Shown piece after piece: positions 1 to 9,070 of a stretch of 64,000 nucleotides of DNA. The DNA is from an uncultured Candidatus Saccharimonas sp. (lineage in GTDB: Bacteria; Patescibacteriota; Saccharimonadia; Saccharimonadales; OMJO01): NCBI GenBank assembly GCA_943353165.1, contig CALRAM010000001.1, forward strand, positions 173,803 through 237,802, read 5' to 3'. The stretch's first letter is position 1. Each line of letters starts with the position of its first letter. The translations under genes and the position numbers were made by a program. The notes beneath the pieces are model-generated. The model did no database searches and was not told the origin of the DNA. It was given only the letters and a program-made list of their open reading frames with translations.

Positions 1-507
1 GCATATCCGTATTTATTATTTGGGCTTGTTTCGGCCGTGTACCGTCTGACTGGCAATACATTTTATGCCTCCGCCACAAACATCGCCTTCAAAAAAGAGC
101 ACTGGAAAGGCTACAATACTATCCTGACCCAAGGTGGCGATGAGCTAGAATTATTACACGATCTACGCAAAGAAGGCCGTGTCGTATTCAACAACGGCAA
201 CGCAACATACACTTCCGCCCGCAGGACTGCCAGGGGGTTTATATATAACTTTTTTGTAACTTTTCTGCTGTACTACATCATAGAGTACTACCTGAACAAA
301 ATATTCAAACGACGAATATTGGGATCGGCTCCAAAATTTCGTAACGATTATAGCCCAAAGGCATTGTCTCTGCTGAACCTAGCTATCATAGGCGTATTGG
401 TCTTTGTCATAATAACCCAGAGGAACGCCAGAGATTTAGTAATAACTGCACCCCAAAAAATCATAAAAGAAACTAACCAAATAATAGATAGAGATTCTAG
501 CCAGTGA
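1..507 (+). CDS. Glycosyltransferase-like protein, C-terminal fragment (5' end outside window)
   Basis: Frame 1 is open from base 1; the track ORF 37..507 is only its Met-delimited part. A soluble segment is followed by two hydrophobic helices (FFVTFLLYYIIEYYL, LLNLAIIGVLVFVIIT). It overlaps the downstream deacetylase by 4 nt. The family-2 GT assignment is by resemblance only. Confidence 0.4.
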   Translation, partial: AYPYLLFGLVSAVYRLTGNTFYASATNIAFKKEHWKGYNTILTQGGDELELLHDLRKEGRVVFNNGNATYTSARRTARGFIYNFFVTFLLYYIIEYYLNKIFKRRILGSAPKFRNDYSPKALSLLNLAIIGVLVFVIITQRNARDLVITAPQKIIKETNQIIDRDSSQ

Positions 508-1247
508 TGCCCGAAATGATTGTGACTGTGTTCTTCGTAGGAATTGTTGTTTTTCTAGCAGCAACATATTGGACGCACGCTTCGCCGTATTCACAGTTTT
601 TTGGCAAATTTATATATAGGGCAAAAACTGATCAAAAGATTGTAGCTCTAACTTTTGACGATGGACCGAATCAACCCTTTACGACAGAGTTACTAGATTT
701 TTTAAAGTCGCAACATATAAAAGCAACTTTTTTTGTAGTTGGAAAATGCGTAGAAAAGTACCCCGAAGTTTTAAAGAAAATTTATGCAGACGGCCACACA
801 ATAGGCAACCATTCCTATTCGCACCAGTTCAGCCAATATTTTAAGCAACCTACTTTCAGAAACGAAATAAACAAAACCCAGTCAATCATAAAAAAAACCA
901 TCGGAGTTTCGCCAGCACTATTTCGACCACCATGGCTGTACCGACAACCAGCACTGTTTTCTACTCTAAAAAAATTGGCGATGAAACCGATATCTGGCAC
1001 ATTTTGTCATCCATTTGAGGTCGCCAATATATCTGCCGAAAAAATAGCCAGATACACCATAAAAAATACCAAACCTGGAGCTATAATAATTTTTCATGAT
1101 GGTCATGATAGTCACGGCGGAAACCGCCGTCAAACTGTTGACTCGATTAAAATAGTCGTAAAGGAGCTCCGCGTTCAAGGTTATGAGTTTGTTGCAGTCG
1201 ATAAACTACTTGATATACCAGCCTACAAATTAAAACGCCGGCTGTAA
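504..1247 (+). CDS. Polysaccharide deacetylase (NodB-homology / CE4 family), membrane anchored
   Basis: N-terminal TM helix. CE4 motifs appear in order: TFDDGP, HSYSH, RPPW. The start overlaps the upstream stop (ATGA-type coupling). Confidence 0.85.
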   Translation: MMPEMIVTVFFVGIVVFLAATYWTHASPYSQFFGKFIYRAKTDQKIVALTFDDGPNQPFTTELLDFLKSQHIKATFFVVGKCVEKYPEVLKKIYADGHTIGNHSYSHQFSQYFKQPTFRNEINKTQSIIKKTIGVSPALFRPPWLYRQPALFSTLKKLAMKPISGTFCHPFEVANISAEKIARYTIKNTKPGAIIIFHDGHDSHGGNRRQTVDSIKIVVKELRVQGYEFVAVDKLLDIPAYKLKRRL

Positions 1248-1305
1248 TCATTTACAATAACGCTTTTTAGATTTATACTAAATATGAATTAATGAAGGAG
1301 GGGTT

Positions 1306-1488
1306 ATGACAGGAAAGTTCGAAACATTTGTAGTAATACTACTAATAGTACTGGTACTATTTGGCGGAAAAAAGATACCAGAACTAGCTAAAAGCATTGG
1401 TCAGTCCGCAAAAGAATTGCGCAAAGGTTTCAGTGGCGACGACGAAGAGTCAAAAGACGAAGCCCAGAAAAAAGTAGCTAAAAAATAG
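1306..1488 (+). CDS. tatA: Twin-arginine translocase subunit TatA/E
   Basis: 60 aa. One TM helix is followed by the hinge/amphipathic helix FGGKKIPELAKSIGQSAKELRKGF and an acidic tail. A GAAGGAGG Shine-Dalgarno lies just upstream. Confidence 0.85.
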   Translation: MTGKFETFVVILLIVLVLFGGKKIPELAKSIGQSAKELRKGFSGDDEESKDEAQKKVAKK

Positions 1489-1507
1489 TCAAAAAAGGAG
1501 CGGGATA

Positions 1508-2515
1508 GTGGCACCGTCACTAACATTTCATGACCATATCGTAGAACTTCGGCGCAGGCTATTGTGGGTAGGCTTATCCTTGGCTGCAACTGCTGGATTG
1601 GGTTACGCACTACGAGTGCGTCTGATAAACATACTCCAGCAACCACTTGGTTCGCCGTTATTTTACAGCTCACCTGCAGGAAGTTTCAATTTTGTGATGA
1701 AACTTTCTATGGGAATCGGCATATTCGTGGCTTTGCCTGTTATCATATACCAAATTTTGCGTTACGTTGAGCCGGCTCTACCGCACCGAATCCAAAAAAG
1801 AACTATGCTAAAAATCATTGGGTCTTCATGCTTGCTAGCATTAGCTGGCATCAGCTTTGCTTATTTCCAGATGATTCCTTTGTCATTGAAGTTCTTTGCA
1901 GGATATTCTACGGCCGCCATCAAACCATTGATTTCTGCCGATCAATATTTGTCGTATATCATGGGCAACCTGGTTACTTTTGCTCTGATGTTCCAAATAC
2001 CACTAGTGATCCTATTTATTAACTGGGTAAAACCCACAAATCCTCGTCAACTACTAAAATACCAGAGGCATGTCATAGTCGGTGCGTTTGGCCTATCCAT
2101 CATATTGCCATTTACCTATGACCCTATATCTCAGTTTGTGGTAGCCATACCTATAGTTTTTCTATTTTATCTGTCGACCATAATGTTATGGGTAGTAAAC
2201 AAAAGACGAAAGCCCAGCAAAGTAGGTGTCTTTGAATTTGTAAATATTGCCCCTAAGGTTGTTCAGACTGTAGCTCAAGCTGCTCCAGCTGTGGTTATCG
2301 AAAAACCAAAAATTGTAAATCCTAAACAGGGCCGATCTATCGACGGCTTTGTTATGAAACCATCCACTAATAGACAACAGCCATACTTGGCTGGAGCTTC
2401 TGCTTTTTCAAAAGTAACTGTTGCGCTATCGCCAATCGTTCCGCAAAAGAGCTCCACTCCTAGGATACTATCTATGGACGGCATGGTAGGGCAGTACAAA
2501 CTGGTTGCCGCATAA
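1508..2515 (+). CDS. tatC: Twin-arginine translocase subunit TatC with ~95-aa C-terminal tail
   Basis: GTG start. The N-terminal HIVELRRRLLW motif and a multi-TM body are typical of TatC. An extra non-membrane tail contains RSIDGFV and LSMDGMV motifs. Confidence 0.85.
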   Translation: MAPSLTFHDHIVELRRRLLWVGLSLAATAGLGYALRVRLINILQQPLGSPLFYSSPAGSFNFVMKLSMGIGIFVALPVIIYQILRYVEPALPHRIQKRTMLKIIGSSCLLALAGISFAYFQMIPLSLKFFAGYSTAAIKPLISADQYLSYIMGNLVTFALMFQIPLVILFINWVKPTNPRQLLKYQRHVIVGAFGLSIILPFTYDPISQFVVAIPIVFLFYLSTIMLWVVNKRRKPSKVGVFEFVNIAPKVVQTVAQAAPAVVIEKPKIVNPKQGRSIDGFVMKPSTNRQQPYLAGASAFSKVTVALSPIVPQKSSTPRILSMDGMVGQYKLVAA

Positions 2516-2567
2516 AAACCGCAAAATATTATTATATAAGCAGACAAAATAATAAACACCAGCGCTA

Positions 2568-2596
2568 TTGATGTACAATTCCGTTTAAGCTATACT
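2568..2596 (+). promoter_or_regulatory. Sigma-70-like promoter for the small ORF at 2629
   Basis: TTGATG (2568-2573), 17-nt spacer, TATACT (2591-2596). Confidence 0.35.
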
Positions 2597-2628
2597 GAAA
2601 AAAGATTAGACAAGCGAGTAACGGGTAA

Positions 2629-2823
2629 ATGGCCAAAATTAACTACCAGGATTTGTTAAAACAACCTATGACGCGTAAGCAATTTTTGCGCAATGTAGGC
2701 CTGCTATTTATTGGCATAATTGGCATCAACAACGCCCTGAAAATATTGTCAGCAGACCATTCCAGAAAAGTATCGGACGGTAGCTCGCCGCATGGTTTTG
2801 GTGGCGGCAAATACGGCGCATAA
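2629..2823 (+). CDS. 64-aa protein with Tat-type (RK variant) signal peptide and Gly-rich C-terminus
   Basis: TRKQFLRNVG followed by hydrophobic LLFIGIIGINNALKIL resembles the S/T-R-R-x-F-L-K Tat motif. The predicted mature part is only about 25 aa (..SSPHGFGGGKYGA). It sits directly downstream of tatAC. Confidence 0.45.
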   Translation: MAKINYQDLLKQPMTRKQFLRNVGLLFIGIIGINNALKILSADHSRKVSDGSSPHGFGGGKYGA

Positions 2824-2991
2824 GCATTTTGTATAAAAATATACATAAAATGTCTATACTACGACTGCATAAGCAGTTATAATACAATCAGCTAAAGAGG
2901 GACTGGTATAAGAGTAATGTTGTCAAAAAGCTCATATTTTCGGCTATCCGTGCTGGACACGTCTATTCAAAATGCAAAGGTTACAGACTAA

Positions 2992-3705
2992 ATGCCGTAC
3001 CCTCAACGCCTACCCATAATAAACTCTGATGACGGGCAATGGGGCGATATCCTAAATCAGTACCTCAAAAAAGAACATTTTGACGATGGTACCAACAACC
3101 CCGTAAATGGAGGACATCAAACCATCACCATAGTGGCAGGTACGGCTGGTGCTGGTACTGCACCTATAAAATTCGCATCAGGCACGCTGATGACAACTGC
3201 CGAGGCCGGTGCCATGGAGTTCCTGTCTGATAAACTGTACTTTACTATTACAACTGGTACGGTTCGTCGGACCGTAGCTATCTACGATGACAGTAGTGGT
3301 GCTACAGGCGACATCTATTACAGGACAGCTGGCGGTTCTTTTAGCAGGCTAGGGGTAGGTGCTTCGGGAGAAGTCTTGAAGGTTAGCGGAGGGTTGCCTT
3401 CCTGGGGAGTGGTAACCAGCAGCACTTTTTCTACTAGCACGAAAACCGCAGACTATACGATAGCCACGCCAGATACGGTGGTGCTAGTTGACGCTACCGC
3501 TGGAGTCATAGTCATCACTCTGCCCGTAGCCAGCACAGCTAGTGGTTACAGGTTTTTTGTCAAAAAGATAGATTCATCTGCAAACACAGTTACAATAACT
3601 AGATCTGGGGCCGACAACATAGATGGTGGGACCACGGCAGTCATTTCCGTACAGTACACCAGCATAACCATAGTAAGTAACGGAACAAATTGGTTTATAA
3701 TATAA
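2992..3705 (+). CDS. Hypothetical protein, phage tail-fibre-like, no signal peptide
   Basis: 237 aa, Gly/Thr/Ala-rich. The segment AGTAPIKFASGTLMTTAEAGAMEFLSDKLYFT resembles N-terminal regions of phage fibre proteins as I recall them. No signal peptide or TM helix. Confidence 0.4.
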   Translation: MPYPQRLPIINSDDGQWGDILNQYLKKEHFDDGTNNPVNGGHQTITIVAGTAGAGTAPIKFASGTLMTTAEAGAMEFLSDKLYFTITTGTVRRTVAIYDDSSGATGDIYYRTAGGSFSRLGVGASGEVLKVSGGLPSWGVVTSSTFSTSTKTADYTIATPDTVVLVDATAGVIVITLPVASTASGYRFFVKKIDSSANTVTITRSGADNIDGGTTAVISVQYTSITIVSNGTNWFII

Positions 3706-3726
3706 CGAAAGCTAAGAGGTAAAGAC

Positions 3727-4407
3727 ATGTCCTACAATCCAAACAATCCAAATGGTCAAAACACAATGGCAAACTCTGCGCCTGTGACTATAGCCAGCGA
3801 CCAAACAGCCGTGCCTGTCAGTGCCACAACTTTGCCGTTGCCAACTGGTGCAGCTACCGAAACAACGCTGGCTTCTATAAAAGATACAGCAGGTATCAAA
3901 AAGATAACAGATGCATTACCAGCAGGTACAAACCTATTAGGCAAAGTTGGTATAGATCAAACAACACCCGGCACAACAAACCTAGTAGCAGCAAACATTA
4001 CTCAACTAGCGGGGACTGCCACAGCCGTTGGTGTCGGTGCTTCAAGTGCGGGTACAGCACGTGTAGTACAGGCTAATGACGCTGGCAAGACAATTCAATC
4101 TAAAGCTGGAACAGTTGCTATAAGTGGTGATAATACCATTATAAATGCTGGTACTAACAAGCTAAAAATTAAAGCGTTTTCACTAACGACTACATCTACC
4201 GCTGCTGTTACCTGTATATTCAAATCTGGTGCGACCGTACTTTGGCAAGTAGTATTACAAGCACCGACTGGTGTCAGCGTTGGTGCTAACCTGGTAGTAC
4301 CTGCTCCAGATTACATATTTTCAACAGCTAGTGCTACACTATTAAACTTAAACCTAAGCTCGGGACAGACAATACATTATTCAGTATCTTATTACGACGA
4401 GGCATAA
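3727..4407 (+). CDS. Hypothetical protein, phage structural-like, no signal peptide
   Basis: 226 aa with an AAGAGG SD. The Ala/Thr-rich N-terminal half (LPLPTGAATETTLASIKD) is followed by a beta-rich C-terminal domain. It lies 21 nt after the upstream gene and 3 nt before the next. Confidence 0.4.
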   Translation: MSYNPNNPNGQNTMANSAPVTIASDQTAVPVSATTLPLPTGAATETTLASIKDTAGIKKITDALPAGTNLLGKVGIDQTTPGTTNLVAANITQLAGTATAVGVGASSAGTARVVQANDAGKTIQSKAGTVAISGDNTIINAGTNKLKIKAFSLTTTSTAAVTCIFKSGATVLWQVVLQAPTGVSVGANLVVPAPDYIFSTASATLLNLNLSSGQTIHYSVSYYDEA

Positions 4408-4410
4408 CAT

Positions 4411-7400
4411 ATGCAGCAAGACGGAACTATTTATACGGCTAAACCCGCAGATTATACAGAAATTGTTGTCGGTGATGAAAAGCAACCAGAGTTTTATCCC
4501 CGCGTCAAAATTAAGAAATGGGATAATGAAGTCAATCTATCCGTTGGATTAACTAACCCGATTGCTGGATCTAATGTAGTACAAGAGGGCGAACAAATCA
4601 CTTGGTCTAACTCTGATACTGAAGCCCGTTTTTATCCGATTAATGCTTCTGTAATGCCAGCAGCAACAGGTATACGTAGGATAATGAAGAATAAGTTTAT
4701 TCAGCCCTATGAGGCTAGTGCCGAGTACGAGTTTATGCGCCATAGGGCAAATCGACTATTAACAATCATTGACATTGCTACGTACATTACTCCACCGATG
4801 CTTATGCATTTTGATGCCATGCCTACTGGTCGATATACCGAAGTAGAAGATGATGGTTATGCTATAGATTATGATTATGCTGATAAATCGGCATATCATC
4901 CCGATGATATGCTAATGCCAAAAGTGGGAAGGATACCGGCTAACAGGATATATTCTCCTTACACCGCTTCTGCTAACCCTTATTTTGCGGACGAGGGTCT
5001 AGTCAATGTTGATATCCAGTATGGTTTTACTGATGTACCTGGTATTGAAAATGTTTGGTGTGATTCCATTGTTGAAGTTCTAGCAAATCACGGTGTTGAA
5101 GTTATTCGCCCGACCAAGAGAACCAAGTTGTATTTCAAGCACAAAGGGCGGCTAGTCAAGTTTCATAGCGCAGAAAATGCTCGTGGTGTAGTTGCTTGTT
5201 ATATCAATTTGAATTGTATGTACAACAAGGCTTATGATTACTATAAGCCTGGTGTAGAGCACGACGTGCGCGATGAGTATGCTTATGGCTTACAAGTTGC
5301 TTATCCAGAAATAACTATTGATATTGTTAATGAAGTCGTGGGTTTGTTTGCTGAGAAACTATCTCTTCCTATAGACGACACGGAGTATAGTGACGCTGAA
5401 TGGGAATCTATAAGGGCTATAATTCCCAAGCATAAGGATGTTGCTTGGATACGGGAGGCCAAACGACAAGACGCTAACTGGTTTTATACTGTTCCTAGAG
5501 ATGGTTTTGAGTTTGAGTTTGATGTATATGAGAAGCCAGACACAAACATATTTGATCTTTCGATCACTACTAAGGGTTTGGATTTTTATAGACAAGAAGC
5601 CTTAACTCCTGAAGAGATAGAGGAAGGTTTCTCGCGCGACCCTGATGTGGTTGGCAGTTATGCTGTCTATCATTCTGAGATTAAATATAACAACGAGTAT
5701 CAGACTGGTAAAGCTTTTCATATTTATCGCCCAATAGCCAGAGACGCTAACGGAATAGCTTATTTTTGCGATATGGATATTGATATAGAAAATAGCATTA
5801 TGCGAATTACAGTGCCACAAATATTTTTAGACGAAGCCACTTATCCCGTTATCATTGATCCTACCTTTGGTTATGGAAGTGTGGGAGCGAGTGCGACTGG
5901 TTTTGGTAATCAGATTATGGGGACAGTTCAGACTATGCCTGAAGCTGGTTATGTGACCTCTATGACGGCTTATATTTCAACATCCAATAGTTCTGTCGAC
6001 ACATATAATTTTGAGTTTGGACTTTATGATACTTCTGGCAATTACTTGGCTCAGAGCGGCAACACATCAACTACGGCTAATTTGAACTCATGGTCTACTC
6101 TTAATTTAAATTCTGCTTATAATCTACCTTCGGCTTCTTATGTGCTGTCTACGTGGGGTAATATTGTTTCAGGCACTTATTCGTCTCCTTCTACGGGTAT
6201 CATGACTATTGCTTATGATTCTACAGTTGGTAAAACTTCTAAATATGCTTCTGCTGCGTACAGCGCTGATAATTGGCCTTCTACTGTTTCTTTTACAAAT
6301 TGGTCTGATATACAACTTTCTATTTATGCTACGTATACAGTACCAATTGGTTACAAGTGGCCTGTAATGATGGGTAACTCTGCTGCTTTGGCGTCTAGTA
6401 GTGGTGCTAGGTATGCGCCGATGTACGGTGGATCGGCAACGGCCTGGGCAACAAATGCTTCCGCTACGTCTGTCGTTTCAACATCTGATGCATGGTATTC
6501 TGACTTTAGGTTTGATTTAACTACTGCACCTGGTGGTGTTACTGCCAGAACAATGTCTGTTTCTGAAAATATACCAGCAACAATAACTGGTGCAGCAGTA
6601 ACAGCTACTAATTCGACAGATGTAGTATACTTAAATGCTGGAACTAGCCTGTATATTGGAAATGCACCGACTGGTACACCAGCCAGCTCAACTGGTAACA
6701 AATGGCGACTAAATGTAAGCAGTACATATCAGGCTTGGTATTCAACTTCAATCTCAGCCCTGAGTACCACAGCTAATAGGTTTATGGGAGTACAAGATGG
6801 AAAAGGACTTAGTACAACGGCGGCATCTGCTACTTCTACAATGCCTAACGAACCTGGCACAATTAGAAACGCTCGCTGTAAGATCGTAGGTGGCACGCTG
6901 GGTTCAGGCTCTTATACTATCACTTTGGTTAAAGGTGGTATTGATACATCTATTATAATGACGCTAAACAGCGCTACTTCTTTCGCCACCGATACTGATA
7001 CTGTAGCTGTAACTAATAGCAATACACTTTATTGGAAAATTGTACCATCAACCCCAGATGCTGGCGTATGGGTAGCTATATCTTGTGAGTACGAGTCAAC
7101 AACACCAGGGCGTGGAATAATCTTTGGTGGCGTTAGTACCGCTGTGTCTGGTACTACATATTCATCGTCTTTTGATGCCTGGAACGCCACCGAAACGCTT
7201 ATATCCGCTAGGGCAGTTACGCACACAATTATCGCGTTGCGAGCCGATTTATCTGTTGCACCAGGCTCTACCAACACTCGAACGCTAACATTTAGAAAGA
7301 ACGCTGCCAACCAGACACCAGCAATTACAATAACCAGTACAGCAGTAACAGGAAGCTGGTCTGGTAGTCTGGCTGTTGCCACCGATGATTTAATAGATGT

Positions 7401-7524
7401 CCAGCACAGCTCTACTGGTGCTCCAGCTAACTCTAACCTTTTCTGGTCTTATGTATTCACCGCACCAGCAGTTGCAGTTACAGCAACTTACGCCCCTCAA
7501 ATGCTGTTAATGGGTGTTGGGTAG
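4411..7524 (+). CDS. Large (1037 aa) hypothetical protein, phage fibre/receptor-binding-like, with triplicated C-terminal module
   Basis: No signal peptide. The globular N-terminal half includes GKAFHIYRPIARDANG..ATYPVIIDPTFGY. The Ser/Thr/Ala-rich C-terminal half has three ~120-aa modules starting near nt 6502, 6862 and 7234 (DLTTAPGGVTARTMSV vs DLSVAPGSTNTRTLTF). Confidence 0.45.
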   Translation: MQQDGTIYTAKPADYTEIVVGDEKQPEFYPRVKIKKWDNEVNLSVGLTNPIAGSNVVQEGEQITWSNSDTEARFYPINASVMPAATGIRRIMKNKFIQPYEASAEYEFMRHRANRLLTIIDIATYITPPMLMHFDAMPTGRYTEVEDDGYAIDYDYADKSAYHPDDMLMPKVGRIPANRIYSPYTASANPYFADEGLVNVDIQYGFTDVPGIENVWCDSIVEVLANHGVEVIRPTKRTKLYFKHKGRLVKFHSAENARGVVACYINLNCMYNKAYDYYKPGVEHDVRDEYAYGLQVAYPEITIDIVNEVVGLFAEKLSLPIDDTEYSDAEWESIRAIIPKHKDVAWIREAKRQDANWFYTVPRDGFEFEFDVYEKPDTNIFDLSITTKGLDFYRQEALTPEEIEEGFSRDPDVVGSYAVYHSEIKYNNEYQTGKAFHIYRPIARDANGIAYFCDMDIDIENSIMRITVPQIFLDEATYPVIIDPTFGYGSVGASATGFGNQIMGTVQTMPEAGYVTSMTAYISTSNSSVDTYNFEFGLYDTSGNYLAQSGNTSTTANLNSWSTLNLNSAYNLPSASYVLSTWGNIVSGTYSSPSTGIMTIAYDSTVGKTSKYASAAYSADNWPSTVSFTNWSDIQLSIYATYTVPIGYKWPVMMGNSAALASSSGARYAPMYGGSATAWATNASATSVVSTSDAWYSDFRFDLTTAPGGVTARTMSVSENIPATITGAAVTATNSTDVVYLNAGTSLYIGNAPTGTPASSTGNKWRLNVSSTYQAWYSTSISALSTTANRFMGVQDGKGLSTTAASATSTMPNEPGTIRNARCKIVGGTLGSGSYTITLVKGGIDTSIIMTLNSATSFATDTDTVAVTNSNTLYWKIVPSTPDAGVWVAISCEYESTTPGRGIIFGGVSTAVSGTTYSSSFDAWNATETLISARAVTHTIIALRADLSVAPGSTNTRTLTFRKNAANQTPAITITSTAVTGSWSGSLAVATDDLIDVQHSSTGAPANSNLFWSYVFTAPAVAVTATYAPQMLLMGVG

Positions 7525-7562
7525 TTATTGACCAATAGGTCAAGAAGATAAACCATAACTTT

Positions 7563-8471
7563 ATGCAATGCACCATGGAAAATACGTCAACTAAAATCTT
7601 CAGAACAAAATATTTGGCATTGATGGCGCTGGTTTTAGTCAGCCTAATTATTACCTTATCGGTCAAACCAGTATCTGCAGGGAGCCTTTCAATACAGCCA
7701 CTAAGGCAAGAGCTAGAATTAAAACCAGGACAAGCCAATAGCTCCAATATATTAGTGCGCAACACTGGACGGGAACCAGCAACGATAAATATTAGCGCCG
7801 AAACATTTAATGTCATAAACGAGGATTACGACTACTCTTTTGCTCAATCCCAAGATCTGGCCAAATGGGTTCGTTTTGACGAACAAAAAACCACAATATT
7901 ACCAAACCAGAGTTTTAAGTTTAATTTTACTATTAGCGTGCCCATTTCTGCCGAACCGGGAGGCAAATACATCGCCATCTTTAGCACACTCTCCAGTCAA
8001 TCGCTATCCAACATTAATTCTATAGAGAGGGTAGGGCAACTAATCTATCTATCCGTTTCTGGAGCAAGTTCACGCACCGGTTCTGTAATAGGACTGTCTG
8101 TGCCAAAAATCAGTTTCGATTCCAAGTTGGACTGGAGTTTGCGAGTTCACAATACTGGTTCAGCTCATTTCAAAAGCACCATAACCACAAAAACTAGTTA
8201 CTGGCCATTTGGGTCTGTACAAACCGAGAACACAGAACATTTGATATTGCCAAACACCATCCGCCTAATAAAAAATAAAACACAACTGGGCAAGCCGATT
8301 GGACTATACAAAAACCAGATTTCCGCCGGCAAGGGCGACAAACCGCCAGAAGTTCAAACGCACTGGGTTCTGTATCTGCCGCCATTTCAGTTTGTGCTAT
8401 TTGTTTTAGCAATTATTTCTGGCTGGATAACTATTTTAAAAATACGTTCTAAAAAATCTAATAAAACGTAA
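7563..8471 (+). CDS. DUF916/DUF3324-like cell-surface protein (signal peptide, C-terminal TM anchor)
   Basis: Signal peptide (..VKPVSAGS). N-domain SIQPLRQELELKPGQANSSNILVRNTG, then ISVPISAEPGGKYIAIF. C-terminal TM helix plus a Lys-rich tail (ILKIRSKKSNKT). The architecture matches CscA-type WxL-interacting proteins. Confidence 0.55.
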   Translation: MQCTMENTSTKIFRTKYLALMALVLVSLIITLSVKPVSAGSLSIQPLRQELELKPGQANSSNILVRNTGREPATINISAETFNVINEDYDYSFAQSQDLAKWVRFDEQKTTILPNQSFKFNFTISVPISAEPGGKYIAIFSTLSSQSLSNINSIERVGQLIYLSVSGASSRTGSVIGLSVPKISFDSKLDWSLRVHNTGSAHFKSTITTKTSYWPFGSVQTENTEHLILPNTIRLIKNKTQLGKPIGLYKNQISAGKGDKPPEVQTHWVLYLPPFQFVLFVLAIISGWITILKIRSKKSNKT

Positions 8472-8473
8472 AT

Positions 8474-9040
8474 CTACTGAGTTTGAGGTACCGCAGTATA
8501 GACTATAGTGGTTTGGTAGTCGCCAGAAGCCTTGGCGTTGTCTATCTTTATTCCGTATCTGACGGTTGTCTGGTCGCCAGAAGTGTATGGGCCCGTAGCA
8601 GTCCTTATCAGGACATCAGACAGCGTAATACCTGCAAAATTGGTACTGGCGTCTGTGTTGTAGCCCCAAGTGTTAACTGCTAATGGTGCTACCAAGACAT
8701 TGGCGCTAGCAGCCACCGTGCTGGCACCATTTACTAGATTAGTATTTGTAAGAGCCCTGACATACAGTTTGAAACCCACTACATCCGCGCTGGTTACAGT
8801 CACAACGCTGTCGCCTGTGGCCAGAGTGCCAGAATCGCTGGGGGTCACAGAGATAGAAACATTGCCATTCGTAGATATAGTTAGGCTGGTGGGGCCGCCG
8901 TATGGAACATTTGCCCCATAATTACCAGCTCCAAAAGGACTAGCAAAAGCAACTGTGCTCGAACCAACAAAAACAAAAATACTTATAGGCATAATTATGC
9001 TAATTACACTATGTCTCAAAGTATTGTAACGCCTAAACAT
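8474..9040 (-). CDS. Small secreted beta-rich protein, WxL-like C-terminus
   Basis: The track ORF runs 8474..9082. I prefer the internal Met at 9040, which gives the signal peptide MFRRYNTLRHSVISIIMPISIFVFVGSSTVAFA. The C-terminus ..ASGDYQTTIVYTAVPQTQ resembles the terminal WxL motif with Tyr in place of Trp. The start is uncertain. Confidence 0.45.
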   Translation of the reverse strand: MFRRYNTLRHSVISIIMPISIFVFVGSSTVAFASPFGAGNYGANVPYGGPTSLTISTNGNVSISVTPSDSGTLATGDSVVTVTSADVVGFKLYVRALTNTNLVNGASTVAASANVLVAPLAVNTWGYNTDASTNFAGITLSDVLIRTATGPYTSGDQTTVRYGIKIDNAKASGDYQTTIVYTAVPQTQ

Positions 9041-9070
9041 ATGCTTTATTATAGTATTATCTTGAATAGT

